A stretch of 64,000 nt of DNA, taken from assembly GCA_002633005.1 (NCBI GenBank), contig NMRA01000158.1, positions 60,229 through 124,228 on the forward strand, in the 5' to 3' direction. Below the pieces are notes generated by a model. It was not told where the DNA came from and made no database searches. It saw nothing but the letters and a program-made list of their open reading frames with translations. Made by a program: the position numbers and the translations under genes. This DNA is from Phoronis australis (lineage: Eukaryota; Animalia; Phoronida). Shown here one piece after another: positions 49,196 through 63,034 of the stretch; position 1 is the stretch's first letter; the number at the start of each line of letters is the position of its first letter.

Positions 49196-51473
49196 AATTG
49201 AGGAAAAACTTACCTGATCTATTGCTACTAATAAACTTTGAGAAAGCGTTTGATTCGATATCCTGGTGTTTCATTCAAAAAACGCTGATTTCATTTCATT
49301 TAGGCGGAAGCTCAGAGATTGGGTTAATATTTTGTTTAAATGTTCCAGGCTATGTGTTGTGCAATAAGGCTTCTTTTCAGACTTTTTTGCTATCGGGCTT
49401 GGTTGCAGACAACATGATCCTATATCCCCCTATTTGTTTATGTTGTGTTTGGAAATTTTAAGTATATTGTTTAGAAACAATACCACATGTAGTGGAAAAA
49501 ATTAAAAAACAAAGAATATAAGTTAATGCAGTAGGCAGACGACACTGAAGTTCTACTAGTCGGGTCGGAACTTTCCTTGACATCTTTTCTTTTTCTTGTA
49601 GAACAGTTAGCCAAATTGTCAGGGCTTAAACCTAATTTGGAAAAAACTGGGATCATTGAGGAATTCTGTCCGAAGATTTTGCACCCACATAAATTTTCAC
49701 TGGGAAAGGAAACAGACTACATTGCTCGGAATTACAATTTCGATCCTGGATTAAAATATATTGTGCAATTAAATTAGAATAATAAACTTCCAGATATTGA
49801 AACCACGATTAAATGCTGGTCAATAAGAGCTATAAGTACTGTCGGGCGTATTACTGATATCAAAACATTTAATAGTGATTCCCAAGTTAATCCACATTTT
49901 CGTGAGCATCCCTTCACCTGATAAAGTAACGCTGCGACGATTGGAAAAACTCATATTTGGCTACATTTGGAACTTTAAGATTGATAGGGTCGCTAGAAAA
50001 GTTATTACATAAAATTATGAAAACGACGGGCTTAAAATGCCTCACATGACATTTATTAAAAGCTTAAAATGAAGACGGGGAAGCCCATATTCATTTTATG
50101 AAATATTGATTGCCTTAAGTGTAAATCGACATTCAAAAGTAAAGACCTTTAGTCTTAAAGAAGCCAAGTACCACATATAATAAAAATTGAAAGACAAAGA
50201 CTGTCAAGAGTGAAGAATCCACAATTTTGTTATGAGTTAATTGAATTAAAGCTGCTAACACATAGAGATGTCATTTGCATGCAAAACTAAAGCAAGACTT
50301 TGAAGCTTTATTTAAGAAAGCTGGTGTGCATGATGTTATTTGGACAGGCAATCTTAAGAAACGACTTTTGAAGATACCTACAGTTGCAGTTTGTGCCCAT
50401 TTGAGAGATAAGGCTAGTGTTCAATAATTCACTTGCTGACACACAAATTAAAACAGCCCATAGGCCTTTCTCAAAATTTATGCACGACTCACATTCTAAT
50501 CCCAGAAGGAGGCTAGTACTGACCAGTCTACAGGAAGCTGTCTGTTTATAGTGAATCTCTACATAAACAATTGGACACTGCTGAGTCTCTTGCTGCACAA
50601 ATAACCAAAGAATAAACAAAGTAATGTCATTTCATCAATATCTTACTGACTGAGAGTTAATAAGAAAGTGGCTAGTGAAGATTTGCAGATACAATGGGCC
50701 AACTTTGCAAGTAAATTATGACATAATGTGATATCTTCTCTAGTCGACTTTACTCTTTAGTGTATCACCAGTGGCCGTGATGCTTGAATGGCTAGTAACT
50801 TTCAAGCACATCATTTAATAGTAGCACTTTGAACTTCTCCAAAGTAAAACTTTATTATAAATAAATTATTTCTGACAAACGTTGAATGTTCTACAAACTC
50901 AGTCTCACAGACATTCCAGTTTTTCCACTTCTCCTGTCTTTTCATTCTGCACAGTCTTCATAATTTAAACTTCCGGAGGAACAAGGAGAACATGTGCAGC
51001 TATGAGAAAACGCTATAATCGAGAGTTTCCATGAGGGGTGAAAGATGTCTGGCTACCCCCAGTTCTGTAGTTCCGTGTTTGGGGACGATACCGTAATATA
51101 TGACGAGAACCCAGGGAGTGGAAACTAAATCTTTCCACGGGCACGCTCACTTAACACCCAATGCAAAGCTTACCACGCAAAAAACGCTAACTCCAACCAC
51201 AACTAGAATCTCTTTTAAGGTGTTAAAACACCAACATTTTTAATACAAGTCACCTAACTGCACGACCCTGTTACTCGGTAACATGCACTAAAACTTTTCT
51301 GCAGTAGGGGTGCTTGAGTTGGGGTCAATGCTCCGTGGTCAGGGTATTGATAAGTTTTTAGGTGTGTCGGGTAAGAGTGCATGCGCGCCCAGGGTAAGAG
51401 TGTTCCCCCCGTTTCAATACCAGCTACACATTTGTAGTCAGAACTAAATCAAGAAGTAGCAAAATAGTTTTAC

Positions 51474-51593
51474 CTTTTTAATCCCATCTTCAACCAGAGC
51501 ACTCTTATATACTGGGCCAATATCGGGTAAGGCCGCCACGTCTTTGTAACCCATTGGTTCTCCAACAAAGTCTCGGGGATTCTTGGTGTCCAT
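51474..51593 (-). CDS. BAF-like first coding exon, paralog B (40 aa); second coding exon not found
   Basis: MDTKNPRDFVGEPMGYKDVAALPDIGPVYKSALVEDGIKK matches BAF [32 protein letters not shown] acceptor and phase-0 GT donor at the same position as paralog A, with flanks homologous to 16740-17740. Absent from the ORF track. Confidence 0.85.
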
Positions 51594-51824
51594 ATTTTCT
51601 CTATAAGAAACACAGGATAATTAGATTTCTGAATGTAGAAATGAAAACATGTATTATGACGGAAATTAAAATGAGCGAGGATTAAGTGTTTGCTGCAAAA
51701 TGTCTCAAAACCATTTCATCCCATTTCGCTTGAATGAAAAACAATATTACAAGGACGAGTGAGGCTTTACATTACTCCTCATAAAATGCCATTGTGGATT
51801 ACAATCATAGTCACAATGATATAT

Positions 51825-52150
51825 GACCCCAGGCACGTGACTATCTAAAACATGACTGACACGTATCCTAATAAATAAGTTTCCCTGTGCAATTTCTTCG
51901 AAAACGCAGTGTTGTAGAGGTATTCAAGGATTTCAACTGCAATTAGGACTCTCAAAAATCGACTGTAGAGGCCTTGTAAAACTCCGCTTCCAATTTCTTC
52001 AATGAACATGACTACAGTATATGTGAAATTCAGATAAAAATACATCTGAGCAAACGACTCTCGTAGTGCGATTTAATCTTGTAACAAATCTCAGACGTGG
52101 CTATAGCCACAATTGACGAGGCATATAGCCAAACGGCGATGTGTATGTTT
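51825..52150 (-). promoter_or_regulatory. Upstream block of BAF-like paralog B
   Basis: GGCACGTGACTA..TGACACG and ACGTGGCTATAGCCACAATTGACGAGGCATATAGCCAAA match 17300-17710. Confidence 0.55.
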
Positions 52151-52199
52151 GAATTAAGGACCCTACAGATACTTGGAAAATATTGAGTTTACCAAATCC

Positions 52200-52965
52200 A
52201 CCAGTAAAAGCCTAGGATGAATTGGGTACATTTTTAAGATTTGTATGGCAGGCTCGTAATGGTAAAATTAAACAAACTACGGCCTGTTTAGGACTTTATC
52301 AATGGAGACTTCCACTGCTTGATATGCATACTTTTAGCATAGCTTTAAAACTCGCCATGGCCCGTAGATATCTTGAAAGCCCTGTGTCTAAACGTAGTGA
52401 ATTACTGTACTCAGTCTACCCGTTCTTAAAGAATTTAGCTTCATTTGGAGATGACATTATTAAGTCGAAGTTAACTCTAATTGGTCATTTTTACTGGCGC
52501 GACGTACTTCGAAGTATGACATCTTTCTAGAAGAATATGATTGTTGCAAGTTAAGAGGACTTTTTGAATTAACCTTCGTGGTTTAATAGCAACTTGACGA
52601 TCAGAGGCACAAATCTTCTTTATAAGCCTTGGTTTGTTTAAGGCTTAAGATTTATCAGAGATCTGTACACCTCTGATGGTGATTTCGTTAGTTTAAACCA
52701 TATGATAAATAGGCTGGATGTAAAAACCAACTTTGTAGAATATAATGGTGTTGTTTCTGTTCTAAGGTTTCAAACAAGTCTATTTCAAAGTAAATTTAAA
52801 AGTGTTAATGCATATTCTCCTTGCATACCTTTAGCAATTACTCACTGACGGGAGAATTGTTGTAGACATATTTTTTCAGCCTTTAATGACGTTAAGAAAC
52901 CTTCTAAGTCAGAGCGTAAATGGGAAATAGAGTTACGAGATAATTTGAAGTGGAAGAAAATATAC
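52200..52965 (+). mobile_element. L1/Tx1-type ORF2 C-terminal fragment
   Basis: FLRFVW..KIKQ..L..F..ALKL..RRYL..FYWRDVL..WFNSNL..KW..EL, with stops. Confidence 0.7.
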
Positions 52966-52977
52966 GTGGTAGTTAGA

Positions 52978-55900
52978 TGTTGTTGGATAAAAGTGAACTG
53001 AATGTGGAAACTGTGAAGCCATGTTTATTCACCATTAAATGAGACATGAGCAGGAAACACAAAAGCATGGGTAACTCATCACAGTCCAGGGAAGATAGAT
53101 GGCCCACTAACTCATAACATTGACAATAGATGGCGCTAGTGACAGCCACTTAACAGTTCACAACATTCTTACATACTTATTTGAAGAAAACCGTAAAATA
53201 AAAACTAACAACAGCACAGTTCACGAATCTCTAACTAACTTGGAATATGTCAAACGATCGGGAGGCTAGCGACTCGTGCACTGCAAACGTAACGGAACAG
53301 CAACTGGGGTTACTGTGGGCACAATGAGACACAAGCAGTAACATCATCCTAAGTCACTTCTGTTGTGGGAACAGGAATTGTAGACGAGGCGTCAATAGGA
53401 ATGTCCAATTTGACGGTTCCATGACTGTTTTGGGTTCACTGTCCAAAGAGGGAACTGGCAATTCGGTTTCATCTGACTGACTTGACGTTGACTCGTCGTC
53501 CACCTTGACGCCATCTGAAAGACCAACCAAATGATCAATATGACACAACTTAACTTTTTCCTGGGTCTTAACCAGATACGTAAGTGGTCCACACATTTCA
53601 AATACGACCTTTAATACATCTCTTTCTGCCCTTATTGTGGTTTCTTACCATAACAGGTTGAAACAATTCCAACGTTCTCAATTTACTGCTAACATCTGCA
53701 GGATTAGACTTACATTCAATAGACTCTGCAGAGTTTGGTTTCAACAAGGAAAAACGAGTTCTGGGTTCTCGTTCCATTCAAAAATAACTCCGCTGTGACA
53801 CTGTGTGGTGTGCTACGATTACTCATCAAAAAACTGCATATTCTGTGACTAAGAGTACTGTATGCCTTATTATCGTGAATCTGACGGAACTAAGTTTACT
53901 TAATAGTCTGGACCCCTCTTTCTGCAATACCACTTGAGGCAGGATGGTAAGGAGGTACTAAAACATGCTTAGCGCAATTCACCTCAAGAAAATTACGAAA
54001 ATCAGCCGACTTAAACTGAGATCCCTAATCGGAAATAACTTGTTTTGGCACACCATAAACCGCGAATTAACGTCTCAGAATATCAATAGTCTTTTCAGCA
54101 GTAATAATAGTCATGGCGAAAACTTCAAGCCAACAGGTGTCTACAATAATAACAAAGTAATGTCCTTCCTTTTCAGCATAATCTATATGTATACGTTGCC
54201 AAATTCTAGTCGAACGAGGTCAAGGCAAATTAAAGCAAAAAGAGCATTATGTGTGTGGAGACATGCATCACAAGAACTAACTAGAAAGATTATTGTCACG
54301 GCGTGACAATAACGGACTCTGCGCGTGCGTATTATTGGAATTATTATGGGAAGTTGCTGACAGCAACCCGTTTACCAATATGAAAAGGAATTCTTTAAAA
54401 TTGTAGGAGAGATCACATATTAATTTTTTGATGACCTTTCCACTTATTGACCTCTTCCGGTGCATTATGAGCCCCGATGACGGAGTAATTGTTAACTCGA
54501 TTAAAAGTGTGGTTCATGTTAAAAATCACAGATGTTTTACTTTAAGGACTTCAGAATACAAGATGAATGAATTAGTCAAACTTTCAGAAGAAAAATGCAC
54601 CTAATGACCCCAAGGGTGCACCAAATGACCTGAAAATTTGGAATTCAAACTCAATCGCAATAAGTAAACAGATATGTAATTTTGAAGTCTCTAGATCAAA
54701 ATTTTAGTTTGCCCTCAATGAACTTTGACCTATTTTTTCTGATTGGTTAGGCCTATTGGGAAGTAAAGTAGGGTATTCAATTGGCATGTTGACTTACACC
54801 AGTGTACTGAAATTGAAAAGAATTCCTTGAAAAACGTAAGAACTATAACATTTTGAACGTTACACGACCTTTGCACTAATTGACCCTATCCGGTGCATTA
54901 TAAGCGTCTTTAGGAGAATTATTGTAAAGCCCATGGAAAATGTGTTCAATGCTGAGAATCACAGTTGTCTAACGGCTGACACATCAGAATACTTGGTGAA
55001 TGAAAAGGTCAAATTTTCAGAAGAAAAATGCACCTAATGACCCCATGTTTGCACTAAATGACCTGAAACTTTGGATTCCGAATTGAATTACCTGTGCCAA
55101 CCAGAGCTGTTAATTTGAAGTGTCTAGCTCAAAATCTTAGTTTGCACCTAATGACCTCTAACCTGTTTAACCTGATTGGATGACCTGATTACTTAGAAAA
55201 GTAATTTTTAAATAGCCTTATTGACTTATACCTGTGTACCAAATTTAAAAAGAATAGCTTTTAAAATAAAGAAGGAGTAGCATTTTGAAAATTACATGAC
55301 CTTTGAACCAAACGACCTCTTCCAGTGCAGTATGGAATATGATTATATAACGAATCAAAATTTATGTACTGTCAAAAATCATATGCTCAATTTAAAGACC
55401 GTACCTGCACCCAATTTGGAGTTATTAAGCCACAAAGTTGGTCGGAAGAAGAATAAGAAGAACTAGAAAGATTTTTGTCACGGCGTGACAATAACGGACT
55501 CTGCGCGTGCGTATTACTGGAATTATTATGGGAAGTTACTGACAGCAACCCGTTTACCAATATGAAAAAGAATTCTTTAAAATTGTAGGAGAAATTATAT
55601 ATTAATTTTTTGATGACCTCTCCACTAATTGACCTCTTCCGGTGCATTATGAGCCCCGATGACGGAGTAATTGTTAACTCGATTAAAAGTGTGGTTAATG
55701 CTAAAAATCACAGATGTTTTACTTTAAGCACTTCAGAGTACAAGACGAATGAAGTGGTCAAACTTTCAGAAGAAAAATGCACCTAATGACCCCATGGGCG
55801 CACCAAATGACCTGAAAATTTGGAATTCAAACTCAATCGCACTCAGTAAACAGATATGTAATTTTGAAATCTCTAGCTCAAAATTTTAGTTTGCACTCAA

Positions 55901-58900
55901 TGACTTTTGACCTATTTTTTCTGAGTGGTTAGGCCTATTCCGAAGAGAAGTAGGGTATTCAATTGCCATGTTGACTTACACCAGTGTCCTAAAACTTTAA
56001 GAATTCCTTGAAAAACGTAAGAGATATAACATTTTGAACGCTACATGACCTTTGCACTAATTGACCATATCCGGTGCATTATAAGCGTCTTGAGGAGAAT
56101 TATTGCAAAGCTCATGAAAAATGTGTTTAATGCTGAGAATTACAGTTGTCTAATGGTTGACACATCAGAATACTTGCTGATTGAAAAGGTCAAATTTTCA
56201 GAAGAAAAACGCACCTAGTGACCCCATGTTTGCACTAAATGACCTGAAACTTTGAATTCCGATTTGATTTACCTGTGGCAATCAGACCTGTCAATTTGAA
56301 GTGTCTAGCTCAACATTTTAGTTTGCACCTAATGACCTTTGACCTATTTCACCTGATTGGATTACCCGATTACTAAGAAAAGTAATTTTATAAATTGTCA
56401 TGTTGACTTATACCTGTGCACCGAATTTGAAAAAGATAGCTTTAAAACTGAATGAGGAGTAGCATTTTGAAAATTATATGACCTTTGCACCAAATGACCT
56501 CTTCCGGTGCAATATGGAATATGATTATATAACTAATCAAAATTTATCTACTGTCAAAAGTCATATGCTGAATTTAAAGACTGTACCTGCACCCAATTTG
56601 GAGTTATTAAGCCTCAAAGTTGGTCGGAAGAATAAGAAGAATAAGAATAAAATTGAAGAAAACCCAGAAACAACAGAACTCTGCGCTTACACGCGCAGAG
56701 TAACTAGAAAGATTATTGTCACGTCGTGACAATAATAAACTCTGCGCGTGCGTATTAAAGGAATCGTTATGGGAAGTTACTGAGAGCAACCCGTTTACCA
56801 ATATGAAAATTAATTCTTTAAAATTGTAGGAGAAATTACATGTTAATATTTTGATGACTTTTCCACTAATTGACCTCTTCCGGTGCATTATGAGCCCTGA
56901 TAAGAGAATAATTGTAAACTCGATTAAAAGTGTGGTTAATGCTAAAAATCACAGATGTTTTACTTTAAGCACTTCAGAATACAAGATGAATGAATTGGTC
57001 AAACTTTCAGAAGAAAAAATGCACCTAATGCCCCCATGGTGCACCAAATGACCTGAATGTTTGGATTTGATTTACCTGTGGCAATCAGACTTGTCCATTT
57101 GAAGTATCTAGCTCAAAATTTTAGTTTGCACCCAATGACCTTTGACCTATTTCACCTGATTGGATGACCCGATTACTTAGAAAAGTAATTTTTTAAATTG
57201 TCATGTTGACTTATACCTGTGCACCGAGTTTAAAAAAGATAGCTTTAAAACTGAAGGAGGAGTAGCATTTTGAAAATTATATGACCTTTGCACCAAACGA
57301 CCTCTTCCGGTGCAATATGGAATATGATTATATAACCAATCAAAATTGATATACTGTCAAAAGTCTTATGCTGAATTTAAAGACCGTACCTGCACCCAAT
57401 TTGAAGTTATTAAGCCTAAAATTTGGTCGGAAGAAGAATAAGAAGAATAAGAAGAAGAATAAAATTGAAGGAAACCCAGGAACAACAAGACTCTGCGCTT
57501 ACACGCGCACAGTAATAAGAATAAATTTGAAGAAAACCCAGGAATAACAGTACTCTGCGCTTACACGCGCAAAGTAATAAAATTGAAGAAAACCCAGGAA
57601 CAACAGCACTCTGCGCTTACACGCGCAGAGTAATAAGAATAAGAAGAAATAAGAATAAAATTGAAGAAAACCCAGGAACAACAGCACTCTGCGCTTACAA
57701 GCGCAGAGTAATAAGAATAAGAATAAGAATAAAATTGAAGAAACCCCAGGAACAATAGTACTCTGCCCTTGCGCGCGCAGAGTAACAAAATCCTGAATGG
57801 ATTTATTAATCTTAGGCCGACACACATGACTACGTGCTAAGGCTTTCATTTGGGAAACACCATAATGTTCAAAATGCAGTTCACTTAAAATTTGTTTCCT
57901 GAGTTCAGTAGGAATAACAACTCGTACTCCCCACACAGACGACCCTTATCAACCGATAACTCGTCTTTGCGAGTATAATATGGCCTCAAATCCTCATCTG
58001 GACAAAACCTAGGCCAACCCTTAAGAGTGAACTGATAGACTTGAGCCAACACTGAGTCGGACTTAGTCTTACTACCAAAATCACTAGCCTTCAAGGGTAC
58101 AGATTCTACACCAGAAACTCAGAAAATACCGGTTTTCGTGGCAACATCAGTCGATTCTAAAGGCAAGCGAGACAAGCAATCTGCGTTACCTTGTTCCTTA
58201 GAGTTCCTGAACTTAACTTCGTAGGTAAAGGCACTTAAAGTCAAGGCCTATCTCTGAAGTCGAGAAGATGCCATTTTGGAATTCCAGTTTTGGGTCCGAA
58301 TTTCTTCATTCCAAAAATAGTGGACAAAGTTTCACGCTCGATCTGAGAATAGTTTTTCTCACTGTCGTTTAACTTTCGACCAGCCGTGGCAATCGGCCGC
58401 TCATCGACATTATCCATTGACTGAGTGCACTACCGATACCAACTTCTGACGCATCACACGAACGACAACACTACCGGTGTGGTAACACCTTATCGGATGT
58501 AATAAGAGATTTGCAACTGTCAAACTCCATTAGGCAATCTTTCTCCCACTGAAATTTTGTTCCTTCCTTAATAGCAAATGCAGTGGGTGCAAAATGGTAG
58601 CCAAATTACCTGTGGGAGGTTTCAAATACTTCGCATAAAGGTGCACTAAACCTAAGAAAACTTGAATTTTTTTCACATCCGTGGGCTTGGGAGCATCAAG
58701 GATTGCTTCAATCTTCTCATGCGTGGGATGAACGCCCGTTTTATCAATAATGTGACCCAAATATTCTACACTCGGCTTCATGAACTCACTCTTTGCCCGG
58801 TTTGCTTCCACGTAGTGCCGCTTGAGTCCAGCAAGAACCAAACCTAATGTTCTGAAATGTGACTCCACACACTTGGAAGCAATGCAAATGTCGTCAAGAC

Positions 58901-60550
58901 CAACTACGACCCCTTTAATACCACGAAGCATGGACTTCATAACTCCTAGGAAAATGTGGTGAACGGACCCTACTCCAAACTGGAGACGCTGTGGTTCATA
59001 CAGACCTCTCAAACTGTTAAGCGTCAACAGTTTACGCAATTGGGCATCAATAATAATAGTAAAATAGGCCTGACTTGAATCAATTTTACTGAAAACAACA
59101 CCACCAGTGAGAGCATTAAACAGATCTTCTGGAATGGGTATCTGGTCCAGTTGCTCATCCAAGCAAGTATTTATAGTCACCTTGTTATCCCCACACATCC
59201 TATCTATCCATTGGACTTGGCATCTACTAGAGCATACGGCACCTGACGTGGTTTGTGAAAAATTGGCTGGGCTTGTTGATCAATGCGAACTGTCCCCTGA
59301 TAAACCTGAATAGTTTCACCTGAGGTGGAAATATCATTTTCTGCAAATAATTTTGCCAAGCGAGCCTCGTCATGCGACACTGTGTCAGTGACAATCTTAA
59401 AAACTGATGAAAGATCCACTTTCATCGCTCTCAACCAATTTTTGCCAAGCAACGGCGGTTGGTTGCCCTTGCCAACCACCAAAGGTAACCGAAAAGATTG
59501 ATCACGCCACACTGCTTGAACAATACAATCACCCAACAATTCAAGTTCTACCTGACTGTAACCAAAAACATGCCGGCTAGTCTGCTTCAATTTCAAATCT
59601 AATTCGTAAGCTGTGTGCTCCGAGACATGGTAATGTCAATCTGCGTGTCAACGAGGATATTAGTTGCAATATTATTAACTAAAATATCAATTGCGAAGTT
59701 TGCACTGTTAAAGCTGTCCTTTAACACCAGTAGGTTGTCCTCAGTGGCCGTGATAGCAATAACAGTCTTCACGCTCTGGGCGTTCCGCCCTGACGGACGT
59801 TGTTTACCGGTTGACCGCGGATCTGAGGTCGCAGAAGTGGAATTTCGATTCTGTTCATCACGCTGTCTCTTAAAGCATTATTTCTTGTAATGACCAAATT
59901 TCGTACAATAGTGGCACTTGTCCTTTTTAGTATTCAGGAACTAAACTTTCGTGACGGAGTCTCTGCTTCGGTGCAATTGTTGGCTGCTGCTTTGTTCCAA
60001 TTCCAAAGATTGTCCTAGCTCGAACGCTTTCTCAAATGTGAGAGTTAATTTTGTAAACAGTTTCTTTTGAATCGGTACTGACTTCAACCCGCACACTAAT
60101 TTGTCTCTTAAGGCCTGGTCTAGGAAAGCTCCGAATTGCCAATATCGAGACACTTGCTTCAGACGAACGATGAATTCTCCAATGGTCTCGTCCAGTTTCT
60201 GTTCTGCCTTATAAAAGCGGAAACACTCTGTCTTAATTACCGTACCAGGTTCGTAATGTTTTTTCAGCTTTGCAACCAGTTGTTCCAACGTACAGCCGTC
60301 AGGCTTACAAGGCAAGCAAATGTTCGATTAAACCCCATAGGGCTCAGCTCCCAAAGTCTCTAGGAAACACGCTTTTTGCCTCTCGGTTGCAACATTGTTC
60401 GCGGTCAAAAGTTTTGGAACCGGTCATACCACATAGAAAACCTTTCGGTTTTCGAGTCAAAAGTGCCAATATTATCGATGAGTGACATAGCAAAGAAAAG
60501 TTAAGACCTCAGCAAAAAAGCCAGACACGTCCCATCCTCATCACCAGCTA
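52978..60550 (-). mobile_element. Decayed Gypsy/Ty3 LTR retrotransposon (gag-PR-RT-RH-IN), interrupted by a HINE array
   Basis: 3' LTR TGTTG..CAACA at 52978-53165 and PBS-like TGGTGATGAGGATGG at ~60535-60549. Gag (LRDKLVCGL), RT (FSKID..AY, GLDDI, YLGH), RNase H (CDAS, YSQIERE), integrase (LHFEHYG..MKALAR; PPYHPASSG). Confidence 0.88.
54280..57785 (-). mobile_element. Array of three HINE/DINE-1-like Helentron copies
   Basis: Units ~57785-56704, 56703-55462 and 55461-54280, each ending in the hairpin plus CTAGT. Five 5' hairpin units sit at the array head. Confidence 0.88.
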
Positions 60551-61399
60551 TTGTAGTTACCTCTTGGAAATTTCATCAAAATACCGAGGTTTGCCGTGGA
60601 GTAGGATTTGTTTTCTCACTTGAACCGTAAAAACGATCGATCTTTTTTGCCAAAAGACTCGAGGCGTCTAAAACTTTCAACCACATGACACAATTTTTGT
60701 AAAAACACGCTTGCGCAATATAATATAAATCCAGTTCAACTTTTTGTTAATAGTTTTATTTCAAACTTAACAATATTATAAATTGCATTCAGCTTTCGTT
60801 ACAAATGGTCAAATTAGAATGTAATAAATAGTCTTTGAAGTTGTAACTGTTTGTAAATTACACAGCGCGTGAGCACTGGATGGACCTCCAGGCCGCACAG
60901 CTCAGACAGTCTCACCGCGTTTCTTGAGTTGAGTTGGGGTTCGTCTACGTTTGAATGAACGTGGGTAGGGACTTTAACGCGGAATATGGGTCCGTTTACT
61001 ATGTTGCTTCCGACTTGGAGTACGTACAGTTGCGACACTCAAATTGTCACCTTCATGGAATTCCGGCATTGTTTGGTTAGCACGCGTTTGATTGTTGGTA
61101 TTATTGTTATGCAGACGATAAAATGTAAGGCGTACGGATTTGTAATTTGCACAACTTTGTGATTCGTTCATGTAATATCAAAAACTTACGTACTCGCTGT
61201 TATTAACCAGTCGTGTCGTAACACATTCCAGGTCATGTGAGAATATAGATGACACCATCAGAATTTATTTAATAATCTCACTCAACGCCAGAAGATTTCA
61301 TCACCTGCCTAATTACTCAAATTTTGAAAGATGCCCTTCAATTCTGGAGGTGAAGGTACTGTCTATTTTTTAGCTACGCTGCTTCTCCTCGTGGCATTT

Positions 61400-62990
61400 G
61401 ATTTGGAGTGTCCCGGCTTTAACGCCATCTTAGAATGGTTATGAGTGCACTTGTAATGATGTTAGAGAGAGCTAAGCTGCATGTGATCTTGATTCCACGA
61501 TGTTTCCGAAGTCGGTTGTGTTCCATTGCTGCAGTGTTAATCTTCAAGTTCCACTATAAATCTCTATGGTGTTTGGCATCTCCGTACAACCGGTTGGCTT
61601 TTGTCGTGAGTCTGGTGAATTTTGTCGAATATATGGCGGATTGGATGGCACCAGCTAGTTTTGAATGTATTTTTACCGTTCTGTTCCATCAAATGAATTT
61701 GCATGTTACCCTCTGTACCCAGTTTCTTGACGGATGCTCTTGAAATTCGGTAAATATGATCTGTTACAGAGACGACGACACCAGCATTTACAGGCGGAGA
61801 CTGCACCCCTGTGGCTATTATTTTTTCGTCTGATTTTTTCAGCATCACTTTCCAAACTGGTTCAAAGATAATTAATGAGACTGGACTGATATATTCAGGT
61901 GGTGACAATCACGTCTGACGGAAATTTTTGGAACTGTTCAAGTGTTATTACGTCCCCAATGGCAATTTTTCTTGTGCCTCAAATTCTTTCAAGTTCTTTG
62001 ATTGGACTACTGGTATTTTGGTGTATGTATTTTAGTTGAGGTGAATACACCTGATTTTCATGTTGTGACGTGTCCGTTTACTGTCGTACTTGAAGGATCT
62101 TTATGAAATAAAGTTGTCTCTGTAATTTGTAAATTAAAGCGAAGATGTCGTGATCTACATCTGTCAATAGCCTTTCACCTCTTCTATAAAATGGTTTAAC
62201 CCTCTCTGTGTTACGGCGCTGAGATACGTGCTTTAAGGAAGTTGGTGGTCTAGGTTTGTAGTTCTAAAAAGGGTATGAATATAGACCCTTCTGTGATGCA
62301 TCATCTTCTTAGTTGAACAGGCAAGTTCCGTCATAGACATGAGTCTGGTAAATAGAACACTAGAGGTAATGTACGCCATTGATCTAAATGCCTGGATTAT
62401 TGTTTTTTCTATGATAGTGTCGTTTATGTGCCATATGAAGAGTGGTATGATTCAAGAAAATCAACAGGTTTGGTCGATCATTAAATGAATTGCGCTTAAT
62501 TGTGCTTAATTGTGCTTGAATATTCATGTATCTAAGGGCAGGTTTTTTTGTAGTCTAGTTTAAAAAAAATAAATGACGCAATACACAAAGCTTTTCACTT
62601 GCAATATTAGAAACATTTCCGTAGCTGGCTCAACTCCTACTGGAGAGCGGCTTTCAAAAATCAATTTTGGTCTGTTACTAAGCGTTCCTGGCAATCTTTT
62701 GTCCAGCATCAAGTGATACTGTAATAGTCCTGATTCACGTAAATGTTATTATGTCATAGGTTCCCTGCTGTAGTCCCTGTGCATATCTTTTACAAACAAC
62801 AGGGTTATCTGAAAAAGGTCGTGTTTTATGCTCATTTTGAACATATAAAGCTGCTTGACTGGATCATTCCAACACGTATGTAGTCAAATGTCTTTCTAGT
62901 ACCTAATCGAGTTGACACGCCCTCATCCTAATTGCTACATTCGCCTGGGAGGCTATATGAAACGTGTGGATTATTAAAAAGCACTAAAAC
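61400..62990 (+). repeat. Partner of the 21030-23090 direct repeat
   Basis: Colinear match with an internal ~450-bp indel. Confidence 0.9.
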
Positions 62991-63034
62991 AACCTTTTAT
63001 AATTGTCCCGTGTTCAAAACAGTTTCCTGTCCAG

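Larger units (their letters stand above)
29461..50070 (+). mobile_element. Decayed Tx1/L1-type LINE, ORF1 split by the 29727-47287 insertion, ORF2 at 47680-50070
   Basis: ORF1 rejoins in frame (..EVKLSVK|FAVTKANEAK..ESQSRRLNLLF..VIVKF). ORF2 motifs TDHS, GIWKFNSS, ENGEKPTKYF, KLPGSDGFPPEFF, FEKAFDSISW, GCRQHDPISP and *ADD are present with stops and frameshifts. Confidence 0.88.
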
